Of a stretch of DNA of 64,000 nucleotides, positions 28,073 through 37,636 are shown one piece after another. Made by a program: the position numbers and the translations under genes. The notes under the pieces were generated by a model. The model had not been told where the DNA came from, did not search any database, and was given only the letters and a program-made list of their open reading frames with translations. Position 1 is the first letter of the stretch; every line of letters starts with the position of its first letter. The stretch spans positions 47,221 through 111,220 of the forward strand of contig PQAE01000007.1 of NCBI GenBank assembly GCA_003104935.1. The letters run 5' to 3'. Source of the DNA: Parcubacteria group bacterium. Its GTDB lineage: Bacteria; Patescibacteriota; Patescibacteriia; UBA1558; GWA2-36-10.

Positions 28073-29038
28073 ATGGAAATCAACAAACTCACTAGTCGCG
28101 CCATCCTAACCGCTGTCCAACAAGCGACTAATATTTTAGTTATCGCTCATAAAAAACCGGATGGTGATACTCTGGGTTCCAACCTAGCCTTTACCAAATA
28201 TCTGCTTAGTGTCGGTAAAAAATTTACCAGCTTTTGCCTACACCCGGCACCATCCCACCTAGCCTTTCTACCTAATAGCCATCTGATCAGTAATGATCAC
28301 CTCACCTTTAGCCAAACTTTTGACCTGGTTATTTTGCTGGATTCCAGTAATTTAGAATATGCCGGCGTTGACAAGCTCATGACCGCACTCCGGCCGGGTT
28401 ATAAAATAATTAATATTGACCACCATGTATCCAATACTATGTTTGGCGATATTAATCTGGTGATCTATGAAGCCTCTTCTACCGCCGAGGTGGTCTACCG
28501 TCTTTTTAAAGACTGGGACATAGACTGGAGTGCGGGTATCGCTTCTTGCCTGGCCTGCGGCATGATCACCGACACCGGCGGATTTAAAAATCCTGCTACC
28601 AACTATATTACACTGCTGGCCGCTTCCGATTTAAAAAGCAAAGGAGCAAATATCCATCAGATTACCAAACAAGCTCTAGGTAGTACAAAGCTCAATAATC
28701 TCCGTTTGTGGGGACGGGCTCTAGAGCGGCTCAGGGACGTGCCACACTATAATCTGATTTATACTTGGCTGACTGAACAGGATTTTACAGAATGCGCTAC
28801 GGATGAATCGGCCGTGGACGGACTGTCAAACTTTTTGCATATTATCAAGGAGGGAAAAATAATTATGGTTCTGCGCCAAAGCAAGGTCGATACCATCAAG
28901 GGGTCACTGCGCACTACCAGTAATATTGACCTGACAAAAATAGCGGAAATTTTCGGTGGCGGCGGACACAAAAAGGCCGCCGGTTTCAGCTTGTCAGGCC
29001 GGCTAGAATGTAATGATGGTCAGTTAATTATCAAATAG
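28073..29038 (+). CDS. nrnA: Oligoribonuclease/PAP phosphatase NrnA (DHH/DHHA1)
   Basis: HKKPDGD, IDHH, DTGGF, GGGGHKKAAG. Confidence 0.9.
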   Translation: MEINKLTSRAILTAVQQATNILVIAHKKPDGDTLGSNLAFTKYLLSVGKKFTSFCLHPAPSHLAFLPNSHLISNDHLTFSQTFDLVILLDSSNLEYAGVDKLMTALRPGYKIINIDHHVSNTMFGDINLVIYEASSTAEVVYRLFKDWDIDWSAGIASCLACGMITDTGGFKNPATNYITLLAASDLKSKGANIHQITKQALGSTKLNNLRLWGRALERLRDVPHYNLIYTWLTEQDFTECATDESAVDGLSNFLHIIKEGKIIMVLRQSKVDTIKGSLRTTSNIDLTKIAEIFGGGGHKKAAGFSLSGRLECNDGQLIIK

Positions 29039-29953
29039 GAAAATCTTACTTAATAATTCTTTCCTTAATTCCCAAGTATTGGCGTGTTTCAGCACACCGA
29101 GGTACGACGGTGCGTTATTTTTATTTACTAAGCGTAAAATTCTTCTCTTTGTCTTAGTTCGTAAAACTCTATAATGCGGCAAGGTCACATAGCCCAAAAA
29201 ATCTATACCTTGACTGACTTTTCTGATACTTATTTTCCCTGGGTGTATATCTAATCGTAATTGATCCTTTAAAAATGTGTTTAATTCTTTCAAAATATTT
29301 GCTAAATAACCTTTATCTTTATGCAAAATTATAAAATCGTCACAATAACGAATATAAAATTTCTGTTTTAACCCGTGTTTTACAAATTGATCTAATTCAT
29401 TTAGATAAATATTGCCAAAAAGCTGACTAGTTACATTGCCTAAGGGTAGTCCCTTATTATCTGCCGAAGAAAAACTATTAATTATTTTCTTAATTAACCA
29501 CATAACATCGACTTCTTCCACTCTATTCTCTAACAAAGCTAATAGTATCTTATGATCTATATTATTGAAAAACTTCTTGATATCACATTTTAAAGCATAG
29601 ATCTTTTGGCTATAATTCAGGCTCGCTCTAAGCACAAAATTTCCTAATCGTTTAACCCCCTTGTGCGTGCCTTTTCCTATCCGACATGAATAAGAATCAT
29701 ATATAAATTGCTTGTTAAAAATATGATATAATATTCTATATAAAGCTTGATGAACCACTCGATCTCGCACCCCTGCTTTATGGATATGCCTGAGCTTGGG
29801 GTCACAAACATAAAAGGCCTGATAAGGTGCGTGATTATAAGTCTTGTCCACTAATTCTTGGTGAAGTTGAAAAATATTATCTTCAAGATTAAACTCAAAT
29901 TCCTGTGTTTCCACCTTTCTGGTCTTACCCCTTTTAAATTCACGCCAGGCCAA
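29024..29953 (-). CDS. DGR reverse transcriptase 1 (conserved frame extends upstream to the poly-G tract)
   Basis: RDRVVHQAL, KCDIKKFF, GLPLGNVTSQ, YIRYCDDF, GIDFLGY. Confidence 0.95.
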   Translation of the reverse strand: MAWREFKRGKTRKVETQEFEFNLEDNIFQLHQELVDKTYNHAPYQAFYVCDPKLRHIHKAGVRDRVVHQALYRILYHIFNKQFIYDSYSCRIGKGTHKGVKRLGNFVLRASLNYSQKIYALKCDIKKFFNNIDHKILLALLENRVEEVDVMWLIKKIINSFSSADNKGLPLGNVTSQLFGNIYLNELDQFVKHGLKQKFYIRYCDDFIILHKDKGYLANILKELNTFLKDQLRLDIHPGKISIRKVSQGIDFLGYVTLPHYRVLRTKTKRRILRLVNKNNAPSYLGVLKHANTWELRKELLSKIFLFDN

Positions 29954-30027
29954 AAATAAATTATCTAAAGAAATAACTTCATTAAAAAGACTATTATGAT
30001 TATACCCCCCCCCCTCATAAGATAGGT

Positions 30028-30369
30028 TTGCCTATTGTCCATGAGATTACTAATTTATACCGAGAATTATATATCACCCGCCACCAAATACCAAAGGCCG
30101 AACGCTATGGGATTTTTCAGAAAATAGAAAACACAGTATTAGACTGCCTAGAGATTGCCCTCACCGCGGCCTTGACCGAGAAAGACAAAAAATCAATATT
30201 ATTGGTGAGACTAAAAATAAAGATTGAAATCATACAAAAATTAGTAAGATTAATTAGAGAATTAGAAATTATCTCGGAAAGAAAACATATTCTTTTTTCA
30301 CAAAAATCCATAACAATTTCTAAAATGACCAGTGGCTGGCTTAAGTATTTAAATAAAGAGCCTATCTAG
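30028..30369 (+). CDS. avd: Avd-like four-helix-bundle accessory protein 1
   Basis: IPKAERYGIFQKIE...ISKMTSGWLK; lies between RT and TR. Confidence 0.8.
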   Translation: MPIVHEITNLYRELYITRHQIPKAERYGIFQKIENTVLDCLEIALTAALTEKDKKSILLVRLKIKIEIIQKLVRLIRELEIISERKHILFSQKSITISKMTSGWLKYLNKEPI

Positions 30370-30385
30370 GCCCTTTATTTTTTGT

Positions 30386-30511
30386 GGAAACTTCTGCGCG
30401 ACCCCGCAAGTTGTCGTTGGCGTTATCCGGATTGTACCAGTTGACGTTCAGCTTGCTGTTGTCGCTGTTCCAGTTCACGTTCGGCACGTTACCATTGCGG
30501 TTACGCGAACC
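30386..30511 (-). repeat. DGR1 template repeat (TR)
   Basis: 126-bp match to VR 30840-30965; all 20 differences fall at TR adenines (minus strand). Confidence 0.95.
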
Positions 30512-30836
30512 TATTTTTTGTTAAGTCCCATCCAAAAACGTTAGATTATATCTATATAACCCAACGCCCCGGCTCTTTGACCGGGCAATGTGTGTGGATC
30601 TTTAAATCCAACCAGAATTTAACAAGCAGTTTCCTTTACCCCGTTAGAGACTTATCTCTAATGGGGTATTTTTTGGCAAATCGCTACCGAGCTAAGCCCG
30701 ACCGATTATATTAGCCATATCTTTATTATACGAAAAGGCGCCGATGATGCCAAGCTTGGTATAGCTTGTTCACCGACGCCTTATGTTTTGTACTTTCTAC
30801 CCCAACCCCGAGGGTTAAAGTAAAAAGTTACAAGGC

Positions 30837-31523
30837 TTAGGAAACTACTGCGCGACCCCGCAAGCCGTCGTCGGCGCTATCCGGATGGCACCAGTCGACG
30901 CACAGCTTGCCGAGGCCGCTGCTCCAGTACACGCACGGCACGCTACCATTGCGGTGACGCGAACCGGCGCAGAGCGTGGTGTTCTGGATGTCCAGATGCT
31001 TGTTGGTCTCCGAGTAGTATTTCAACTCGTAGACCAGTCTTTCCAGCAAAGTGATGCTGGAGATTTTTCGCTTCTGGAGATCATTGGCCGAGAGATTCTT
31101 CAGCTCTTCGTCTGCTTCCACGCGGTCGCGGACACGGATGGCGTAGGACGCCTCGGTGTTGCGATCGTTGTTAGGCACATCTTTGTCCAGATCATTTGTG
31201 TATGACCAAGACTTGAAGGCCTTGGAGCAGGCTTGGAAAGCCTGATTGATGGTCAGACCCTGGGGGATGAAGAGGACTCTGGTGAAGTCTTCTTGCTCTT
31301 CGGGAATGGAGACATCCGAGAAGTCCACGGACAGACGGAAGTACTTGCGGTAGAACTCCTGCCATTCCTCTTGGATGGAGTTGATGGCGAAGGGGTTTTG
31401 GCGCTGAGCAAAGAGATCCAGCTCCCGCGGCGTGATGACTCCGCTCTTGATCTTGAGCAAAATATCGCTCATGGTACCAAGCACAGTGCCCGGCACCATA
31501 CCGACCGTCGCCTGCTTAGGCAT
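30837..31523 (-). CDS. DGR1 target protein, C-terminal VR 30840-30965 (CLec-type fold expected)
   Basis: Ends ...VPCVYW..KLCVDWCHPDSADDGLRGRAVVS; VR matches TR. Confidence 0.9.
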   Translation of the reverse strand: MPKQATVGMVPGTVLGTMSDILLKIKSGVITPRELDLFAQRQNPFAINSIQEEWQEFYRKYFRLSVDFSDVSIPEEQEDFTRVLFIPQGLTINQAFQACSKAFKSWSYTNDLDKDVPNNDRNTEASYAIRVRDRVEADEELKNLSANDLQKRKISSITLLERLVYELKYYSETNKHLDIQNTTLCAGSRHRNGSVPCVYWSSGLGKLCVDWCHPDSADDGLRGRAVVS

Positions 31524-31627
31524 GATCAGTTTCCTTTATTTTGAGGTACAATTCTAGGTATTTCCTAGAACATATAATAATATCATATATTCACGATTTT
31601 GTCAATAGTTGCTAGTCCCCTATTATT

Positions 31628-31945
31628 ATGCTAAAAATAACAAGAAGAAAAGCGATGCGATATAAACAATACTATATCTATATTCTGGCCACATATAAAA
31701 ACGGTACGCTCTATACTGGTGTAACAAACAATTTAGTTAGAAGGGTTTGGGAGCATAAAAATAATATAACAAAAGGATTTACTGCTCGATACAATATTCA
31801 TAAATTAGTATATTTCGAAATATTTGAAGATATCTACGAAGCTATTTCTAGAGAAAAACAAATAAAAGCTGGTCCAAGAAAAAAGAAATTAGATTTAATA
31901 TACAACTTTAACCCTTTGTGGAAAGATTTATATAATAACCTCTAA
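31628..31945 (+). CDS. GIY-YIG nuclease family protein
   Basis: YYIYILA..GTLYTGVTNNLVRRVWEHK..AISREKQIK. Confidence 0.9.
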   Translation: MLKITRRKAMRYKQYYIYILATYKNGTLYTGVTNNLVRRVWEHKNNITKGFTARYNIHKLVYFEIFEDIYEAISREKQIKAGPRKKKLDLIYNFNPLWKDLYNNL

Positions 31946-31950
31946 CTAGC

Positions 31951-32027
31951 GTCTTTGCGAGGACGCAGGACGAAGCAAACCATAAGATTTTAGATTGCTT
32001 CGCCTGCAGTGCAGTCTCGCAATAGAC
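31951..32027. repeat. REP-like palindromic element
   Basis: GTCTTTGCGAG...AGATTGCTTCG...CTCGCAATAGAC; similar to 47881-47958. Confidence 0.65.
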
Positions 32028-32039
32028 TTACAAAAAAAT

Positions 32040-32612
32040 ATGCTCATACCAACAGTAATTGACAAAGTGCCCGGCGGAGAAAGAATCTATGATATCTACT
32101 CCCGTCTGCTCAAGGATAGAATTATTTTTTTAGGCGACCCTATTGACGACCATGTAGCCAATACGGTCATAGCCCAGCTCCTGTTTTTAGACGCCCAGGA
32201 CAAAACCAAACCCATTAAGATGTATATAAACTCTCCCGGCGGTTCTGTTACCGATGGCCTGGCTATTTATGATACTATGCAACACGTCAAAAGTCCGGTG
32301 TCCACGATTTGCGTGGGTATGGCCGCCTCCATGGGCGCCTTGCTCTTGGCCGCTGGCGCTTTCGGACAAAGATTTGCCTTGCCTAACTCGGAAATCCTAA
32401 TCCATCAGATCATGGGCGGCGCCACTGGTCAGGCTTCGGATATTAAAATAAAAGCCGAACAGATTTTGAAATTAAAAGATAAAATAAATAAAATTTTACA
32501 ACTACATACCAAACAACCGCTAAAAAAAATTGAGCAGGATGCTGACCGTGATTATTATATGACTGCCGAGGAGGCGCGCACTTACGGAATTATTGATAAA
32601 ATTATCAAATAA
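32040..32612 (+). CDS. clpP: ATP-dependent Clp protease proteolytic subunit
   Basis: [34 protein letters not shown]. Confidence 0.97.
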   Translation: MLIPTVIDKVPGGERIYDIYSRLLKDRIIFLGDPIDDHVANTVIAQLLFLDAQDKTKPIKMYINSPGGSVTDGLAIYDTMQHVKSPVSTICVGMAASMGALLLAAGAFGQRFALPNSEILIHQIMGGATGQASDIKIKAEQILKLKDKINKILQLHTKQPLKKIEQDADRDYYMTAEEARTYGIIDKIIK

Positions 32613-32972
32613 AACTTTCCCTACTTTTCATTATTTTTAAAATATGCTATTATAGTGGCCAAGATGAGCTTGAGGGTTTTTCAATCCTCGCTATAAACAG
32701 CTTGTCCAGGGACTGTCAGTGCCTGACACCATTTATAGTCGAAAGACTTTGCTTGATGTCAAGCTAAAAACTGACAGTCTTTTATTTTAAAAGTAGCGTG
32801 GGTCGAGTACCGACCCACACACCCCCTCTATCTCCCCTTGGTAAGGGGGAGGAGATTGAAGCGAAGCGGAAATCGAGGGGGTATTATCAGCTATCTGCCC
32901 TTGATTTTAATTAACCTTTATGTTAGAGTAGCCATTGAGGTTAAATAACCTCAATCAGATTTAATAAATAAT

Positions 32973-33158
32973 TTACTGTTGTTTGGGAGATTGGATTATA
33001 CGCCTTTTGATTATCTGCTGACCAATGCCTCATTATTTGCACAGCCAGTCAATAGATTAATGACCCTAATAAAAAATTCTCTCTTATTAAATACCATTAT
33101 TTACTCTAAAGCCTAAGGTTTTGGTATTTTAGGTTATTTTTGACTCTCTCCCACAGTA
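32973..33158 (+). ncRNA. Candidate 6S-like RNA / structured leader upstream of rny
   Basis: Ends pair (TTACTG..TGGGAGA with TCTCCCA-CAGTAA) across ~185 nt; position upstream of rny-ymdB. Confidence 0.3.
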
Positions 33159-33177
33159 AAAAGAAGGATACACTATC

Positions 33178-34692
33178 ATGGATCTTTTATGGTTAGGCAT
33201 CATGCTCTTAGCCGGTATGGTTATCGGCTATTTCGCCAAACAGATGCTGACCAGCCGAGCCATCCGTCTGGCCCAACAAAAGGCCGAGGCTCTTTTAAAT
33301 GATGCAAAAAAAGAAGCTAAGGATGTTGTTTTGGATTCCAAAGATAAAGCTTTACAGATTATCGAGGAGGCCAAGCAAGAAGAAAAGTTACGGCGTCAGC
33401 AACTCAATGATTTGGAAGACCGAGTGAGTAAAAGAGAATCTCTTTTTGACAAAAAAATCCTGGAGATCGAAGAAAGCAAACAAAAAATAGAACACGCTAA
33501 CCGCCAGTTAGTGAAAACTCGCGAAGAGATAACCAAGATAAAAGAAGAACAGCTGGCCAAACTGGAAAAAATCGCCGGTTTGAACCAGGAGGAGGCCAAG
33601 GAAATCCTGCTCAAAAACACCGAGGTACGCATCAAAGACGATTTGCTGAATCGCATCCGCAAATTGGAAAATGAGTCCAGCGAAGAGTTGGAAGCCCGCG
33701 CCCGTGACATCTTAAGCTCCGTCATCGAAAGGTGTGCTGCTCCTCACACGGTGGAAACTACCACTACGGCGGTTACTCTGCCAAATGATGAAATGAAAGG
33801 CCGAATCATCGGTCGTGAAGGCAGGAATATCAAAACCATCGAGCAATTAACCGGTGTAGAAATCATTATTGACGACACTCCCGGATCTATTTTAATTTCC
33901 GCGTTTAATCCGGTGCGCCGCCAGTTGGCCAAACGGGCTTTAGAACACCTTATGGCCGACGGACGCATCCACCCGGGACGCATCGAGGAAACTGTGGCGC
34001 AATCCAAAAAAGAACTGGCCTTAGACATCAAGCGGGCCGGTGAAGAAGCCGCTTATCAAACTGGTGTGGTCGGCCTGGATAATAAATTGATCCAAATCCT
34101 GGGACGCCTGAAATACCGTACCAGCTACGGGCAAAACCAATTACAGCATGCTATGGAGGTTTCCTACCTCTCGGGACTATTAGCTTCCGAACTCAAGGCC
34201 GACGTCACCGTCTGTAAAAAAGGCGGATTACTGCATGATATCGGCAAGGCTCTGGACCACGAAATCCAGGGTGCTCACCCCGATATCGGCTATGACCTGA
34301 TGAAAAAATTTGGTCTGCCGGAAGAAGTGGCCTATATGTCCGTAGCCCACCATGAAGACAAACCTCGGACACTGGAAGGCGTGATTGTAAAAATCGCTGA
34401 CGCCATCAGCGGCTCGCGCCCCGGCGCTCGCCGCGACTCTTTAGAAGAATATATTCAACGCCTAACCGAGCTGGAAGATACCGCTAAATCTTTTGCCGGG
34501 GTAGATAAAGCTTATGCTATCCAGGCCGGAAGGGAAATCCGCGTGTTTGTTTCTCCCGAACAGATAGACGACTTTGCCGCGGAAAAACTAGCCCAAGATA
34601 TAGCTCACAAGATAGAAAACGAGCTCAAGTACCCCGGTGAAATCCGCGTGACCGTCATCCGGGAAAAACGCACTATCGAATATGCCCGCTAA
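33178..34692 (+). CDS. rny: Ribonuclease Y
   Basis: N-terminal TM, coiled coil, KH (MKGRIIGREGRNI), HD (LHDIGK). Confidence 0.97.
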   Translation: MDLLWLGIMLLAGMVIGYFAKQMLTSRAIRLAQQKAEALLNDAKKEAKDVVLDSKDKALQIIEEAKQEEKLRRQQLNDLEDRVSKRESLFDKKILEIEESKQKIEHANRQLVKTREEITKIKEEQLAKLEKIAGLNQEEAKEILLKNTEVRIKDDLLNRIRKLENESSEELEARARDILSSVIERCAAPHTVETTTTAVTLPNDEMKGRIIGREGRNIKTIEQLTGVEIIIDDTPGSILISAFNPVRRQLAKRALEHLMADGRIHPGRIEETVAQSKKELALDIKRAGEEAAYQTGVVGLDNKLIQILGRLKYRTSYGQNQLQHAMEVSYLSGLLASELKADVTVCKKGGLLHDIGKALDHEIQGAHPDIGYDLMKKFGLPEEVAYMSVAHHEDKPRTLEGVIVKIADAISGSRPGARRDSLEEYIQRLTELEDTAKSFAGVDKAYAIQAGREIRVFVSPEQIDDFAAEKLAQDIAHKIENELKYPGEIRVTVIREKRTIEYAR

Positions 34693-35488
34693 AAAAACAA
34701 CTAAAATTATTTTTTTCGGTGATGTAGCCGGATCCTTTGGCCGCCGAGGAGTAAAAAAAATCATACCACTCTGGCAGGGAAAATATCAGCCCGATATTTT
34801 TGTGGCCAATGTAGAAAATCTGGCCCATCACAAGGGTGTGACCATCAAAACTCTGGAAGAATTGCGCTCGGCCGGGATAAAAGCCATGACCGGGGGCAAC
34901 CACATCTGGTCCAAACACGATATTGGCGATTTAGCCCGGGACACTGACTTTGCTTTAGCTTGTCCGCTCAATGATTCACGCACTCCTAAAAAATATTCCT
35001 TTCAATCTGTTCCGGTGGGTGATCAGCAATTGATTTTTATCAACTTGCAGGGCCAGACCTTTATGGAATCGGATTATACCAGCAACCCATTCCTGGCGAT
35101 TGACAAATTACTGCCTGAGTTGCCGGCTGAGGCGATGATTATTGTTGATGTCCATGCGGAAGCCACCAGCGAAAAACGGGCTCTGGGTTTTTATTTGGCT
35201 GGACGGATAGCGGCGGTCATCGGCACCCACACTCATGTGCCTACAGCCGACTCCCAGATTCTGGAAGGCGGCACTGCCTACATCTCTGATATCGGCATGA
35301 CCGGTCCGCTGGACTCTATCTTGGGTATAAAAAAGGAAGTGATTATTGAAAAATTTCTATCTAGTGATCGTATCCGCCATGAATTGCCGGAATCTGGTCA
35401 AACGGAAGTAAATGCGGTATTATTAGAAATAGATAATAGGAGTAAAAAAGCCGTACGAATCGAACACCTTCGCGAAATTATAGATTAA
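34682..35488 (+). CDS. ymdB: YmdB family metallophosphoesterase
   Basis: GNHIW, DVHAEATSEK, GTHTHV. Confidence 0.93.
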   Translation: MPAKKTTKIIFFGDVAGSFGRRGVKKIIPLWQGKYQPDIFVANVENLAHHKGVTIKTLEELRSAGIKAMTGGNHIWSKHDIGDLARDTDFALACPLNDSRTPKKYSFQSVPVGDQQLIFINLQGQTFMESDYTSNPFLAIDKLLPELPAEAMIIVDVHAEATSEKRALGFYLAGRIAAVIGTHTHVPTADSQILEGGTAYISDIGMTGPLDSILGIKKEVIIEKFLSSDRIRHELPESGQTEVNAVLLEIDNRSKKAVRIEHLREIID

Positions 35489-35560
35489 AATATACGAATC
35501 CTGTTAGAAGTTTACTGCCTATAACAGGATGAATACATAAAATAAGTAATCTCTAACAGG

Positions 35561-35839
35561 ATGAAGAAAGCCCAACTTATAGAAACTCTAGCCATCAAAG
35601 CCGGAGTAAGCAAAAAGCAAGCCGAGGACCTACTAGATGCTCTGCAAAGTTTAATTATCGAGAGAATGAAGCAAAGCCAGGAAACAACTCTGACCGGTTT
35701 TGGTACTTTTTCCGCCCGCGTACGCTCCGCTCGTTTAGGCGTCAGCCCCCAGCATCCGGACCAAAAAATTCAGATCCCCCAAGTCATCGTGCCCAAATTT
35801 AAAGCGGGTAAAACTCTCAAGGACGCTTTAAAAAAATAA
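35561..35839 (+). CDS. hup: HU family DNA-binding protein
   Basis: LTGFGTF, PKFKAGKTLKDA. Confidence 0.93.
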   Translation: MKKAQLIETLAIKAGVSKKQAEDLLDALQSLIIERMKQSQETTLTGFGTFSARVRSARLGVSPQHPDQKIQIPQVIVPKFKAGKTLKDALKK

Positions 35840-35913
35840 TAAATAAAATTACCCCGTCGCGCTCTGGTTGAGCTTAACTCGATTGAGTAAGACGGGGGTT
35901 TTTTGTTTTAAAA

Positions 35914-36729
35914 TTATTTTCGTCGCAGTATCAGACCCACACTGGGACCGCTAGCCTTGTTTTGAATTGTGTCCCAATCATGAATTGAGGACATCAAATT
36001 ATTTTCGGTATAGACAAAGTCGTGCCCCTTTCTGGTACCAGGGTCGTCGGTGATAAATTTATCGTCAACATAGCCCTTGATAACTAACATGTGATATTCC
36101 GGGCCGCCGTTTCTGAAATTTGGATTATCTAGTTCCTGGCCGTCGGCCGGCACTATCACCGGTAGGCCTTTATCCAGATAATTACGGATTTTATCCGCCG
36201 TAAGATCACTCACCACCTCGGCGCGCAGAGAAAAATTTAGCCTGGCAAACTCCGCTACCTTGGCGACCGGTAAATTATTATGCCCGCCCCAATTTTCTAT
36301 TTGCCATTGGACCAGATTAACTAATATATTTTCTGTTTCCGGCTGGGAAGGAAAATCTTTATTGGAAAAATAATAATCCACCATCAACACACTCGCTTCC
36401 TCGCAGGCGTTTTGAAAGGGCTCGGCCCAATTAGCGGTCGGTGCCTGGGAGGTAAAAGGCACATCCAGATTGATGGATTTTTTTTCGGTCAGCACATCCT
36501 TTACTTCCGTCTGCGACGGTTCCGGTGCAGGAAAGTCCAGGTTGACTAAAGGCACAACGCTGGTAGCGGTATTGCTAGCAGTATCCGTCCCGACAGTGCT
36601 GGTGCTAAAATCCAGAAAATCATGAGCCGGCGGCATGTCAATCTTCACTATACTACCCGCTTGGCGATGATAATACCAAAAACTAACACCGAAAATTAAT
36701 ATAATTAAAATGACATATATTTTTTTCAT
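35914..36729 (-). CDS. Exported C39-like peptidase
   Basis: VPFTSQAP, ACEEAS, YHMLVIKGY, DPGT. Confidence 0.8.
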   Translation of the reverse strand: MKKIYVILIILIFGVSFWYYHRQAGSIVKIDMPPAHDFLDFSTSTVGTDTASNTATSVVPLVNLDFPAPEPSQTEVKDVLTEKKSINLDVPFTSQAPTANWAEPFQNACEEASVLMVDYYFSNKDFPSQPETENILVNLVQWQIENWGGHNNLPVAKVAEFARLNFSLRAEVVSDLTADKIRNYLDKGLPVIVPADGQELDNPNFRNGGPEYHMLVIKGYVDDKFITDDPGTRKGHDFVYTENNLMSSIHDWDTIQNKASGPSVGLILRRK

Positions 36730-36845
36730 AATGCCATAATAACAATATTACCACATTTTGGCAAAAAATTGACATAATCAACGATTGTTATATAATTTAA
36801 CCATCTTCGTGTTCCTGTCATCACCCGCGGTTGGAGGAAATAGCT

Positions 36846-37130
36846 ATGCCCCTAAAGCTAGTGTTTGGCCTCTGCCCCATCTTGGCTATCATCACTCTCT
36901 GCCTGCTATTTTGGCGGGTAGAAGAAAAACTCCATGACGTCGAGATGTGTTGCATCAAGCTCGGACTGCTCGTCTGGGCCATCGGCTTCTGGTTCGCCCT
37001 AGGCACAGCTGCGCACTGGGCTCTAACCGGCCAATGGCACCCCACGACTATCGTCGCTTTCTCGTGCTTTGCACTGACCACATTGGCTTTTCTGGAGCCG
37101 ATCATCCGCCCTCACCTGCGCCTTCGCTAG
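36846..37130 (+). CDS. Small hypothetical membrane protein
   Basis: Three hydrophobic segments; TTGACA..TATAAT promoter, GGAGG SD and terminator. Confidence 0.55.
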   Translation: MPLKLVFGLCPILAIITLCLLFWRVEEKLHDVEMCCIKLGLLVWAIGFWFALGTAAHWALTGQWHPTTIVAFSCFALTTLAFLEPIIRPHLRLR

Positions 37131-37243
37131 CTTTATCCCCACCGGGTACCATCTCTAAAGACCCGTTGCTCACCAGTAGCGGGTCTTTCCTTTTTTAAAA
37201 ATAAACAAAAAAAGATCAGCCGAAGCCGATCTCTTTTCTTGCT

Positions 37244-37429
37244 TTATACTCCCGTGGGCGGGAATATATTAGTGGTACCCGATTGACCCAGGGCTAAGAT
37301 GATGTTATTCATCAAAACCAGCACGTTGGTCACGAGTTCCACCGAAAGCACAAAGACACTTGGAGCAAATAACTTGAAGAGTAGCAACAGGAATATTAGG
37401 TTGAAAAACCCATAGAGTGCTCGAAACAT
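37244..37429 (-). CDS. Small hypothetical membrane protein
   Basis: 61-aa hydrophobic ORF followed by a hairpin terminator. Confidence 0.5.
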   Translation of the reverse strand: MFRALYGFFNLIFLLLLFKLFAPSVFVLSVELVTNVLVLMNNIILALGQSGTTNIFPPTGV

Positions 37430-37636
37430 ATTTCTGTTGTTAGCTTCCAGGCCCGAGGAGAAATATCCAAGGATATTCGACGACTATCCCCAGACGCGGA
37501 AGCGTCCAAGATATTCTCTGCAGGCAACTGGGTCCTAATATATTAAGAACCAGCTCCCTACAGAGAAATAATCTGCTCTATGTTAATGAACCTTCTCTAA
37601 TTTAGGCATAACATATAATAAAAAATAAGGCAAGTT

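Larger units (their letters stand above)
29024..31523. mobile_element. Diversity-generating retroelement 1
   Basis: RT + Avd + TR + target with VR. Confidence 0.95.
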
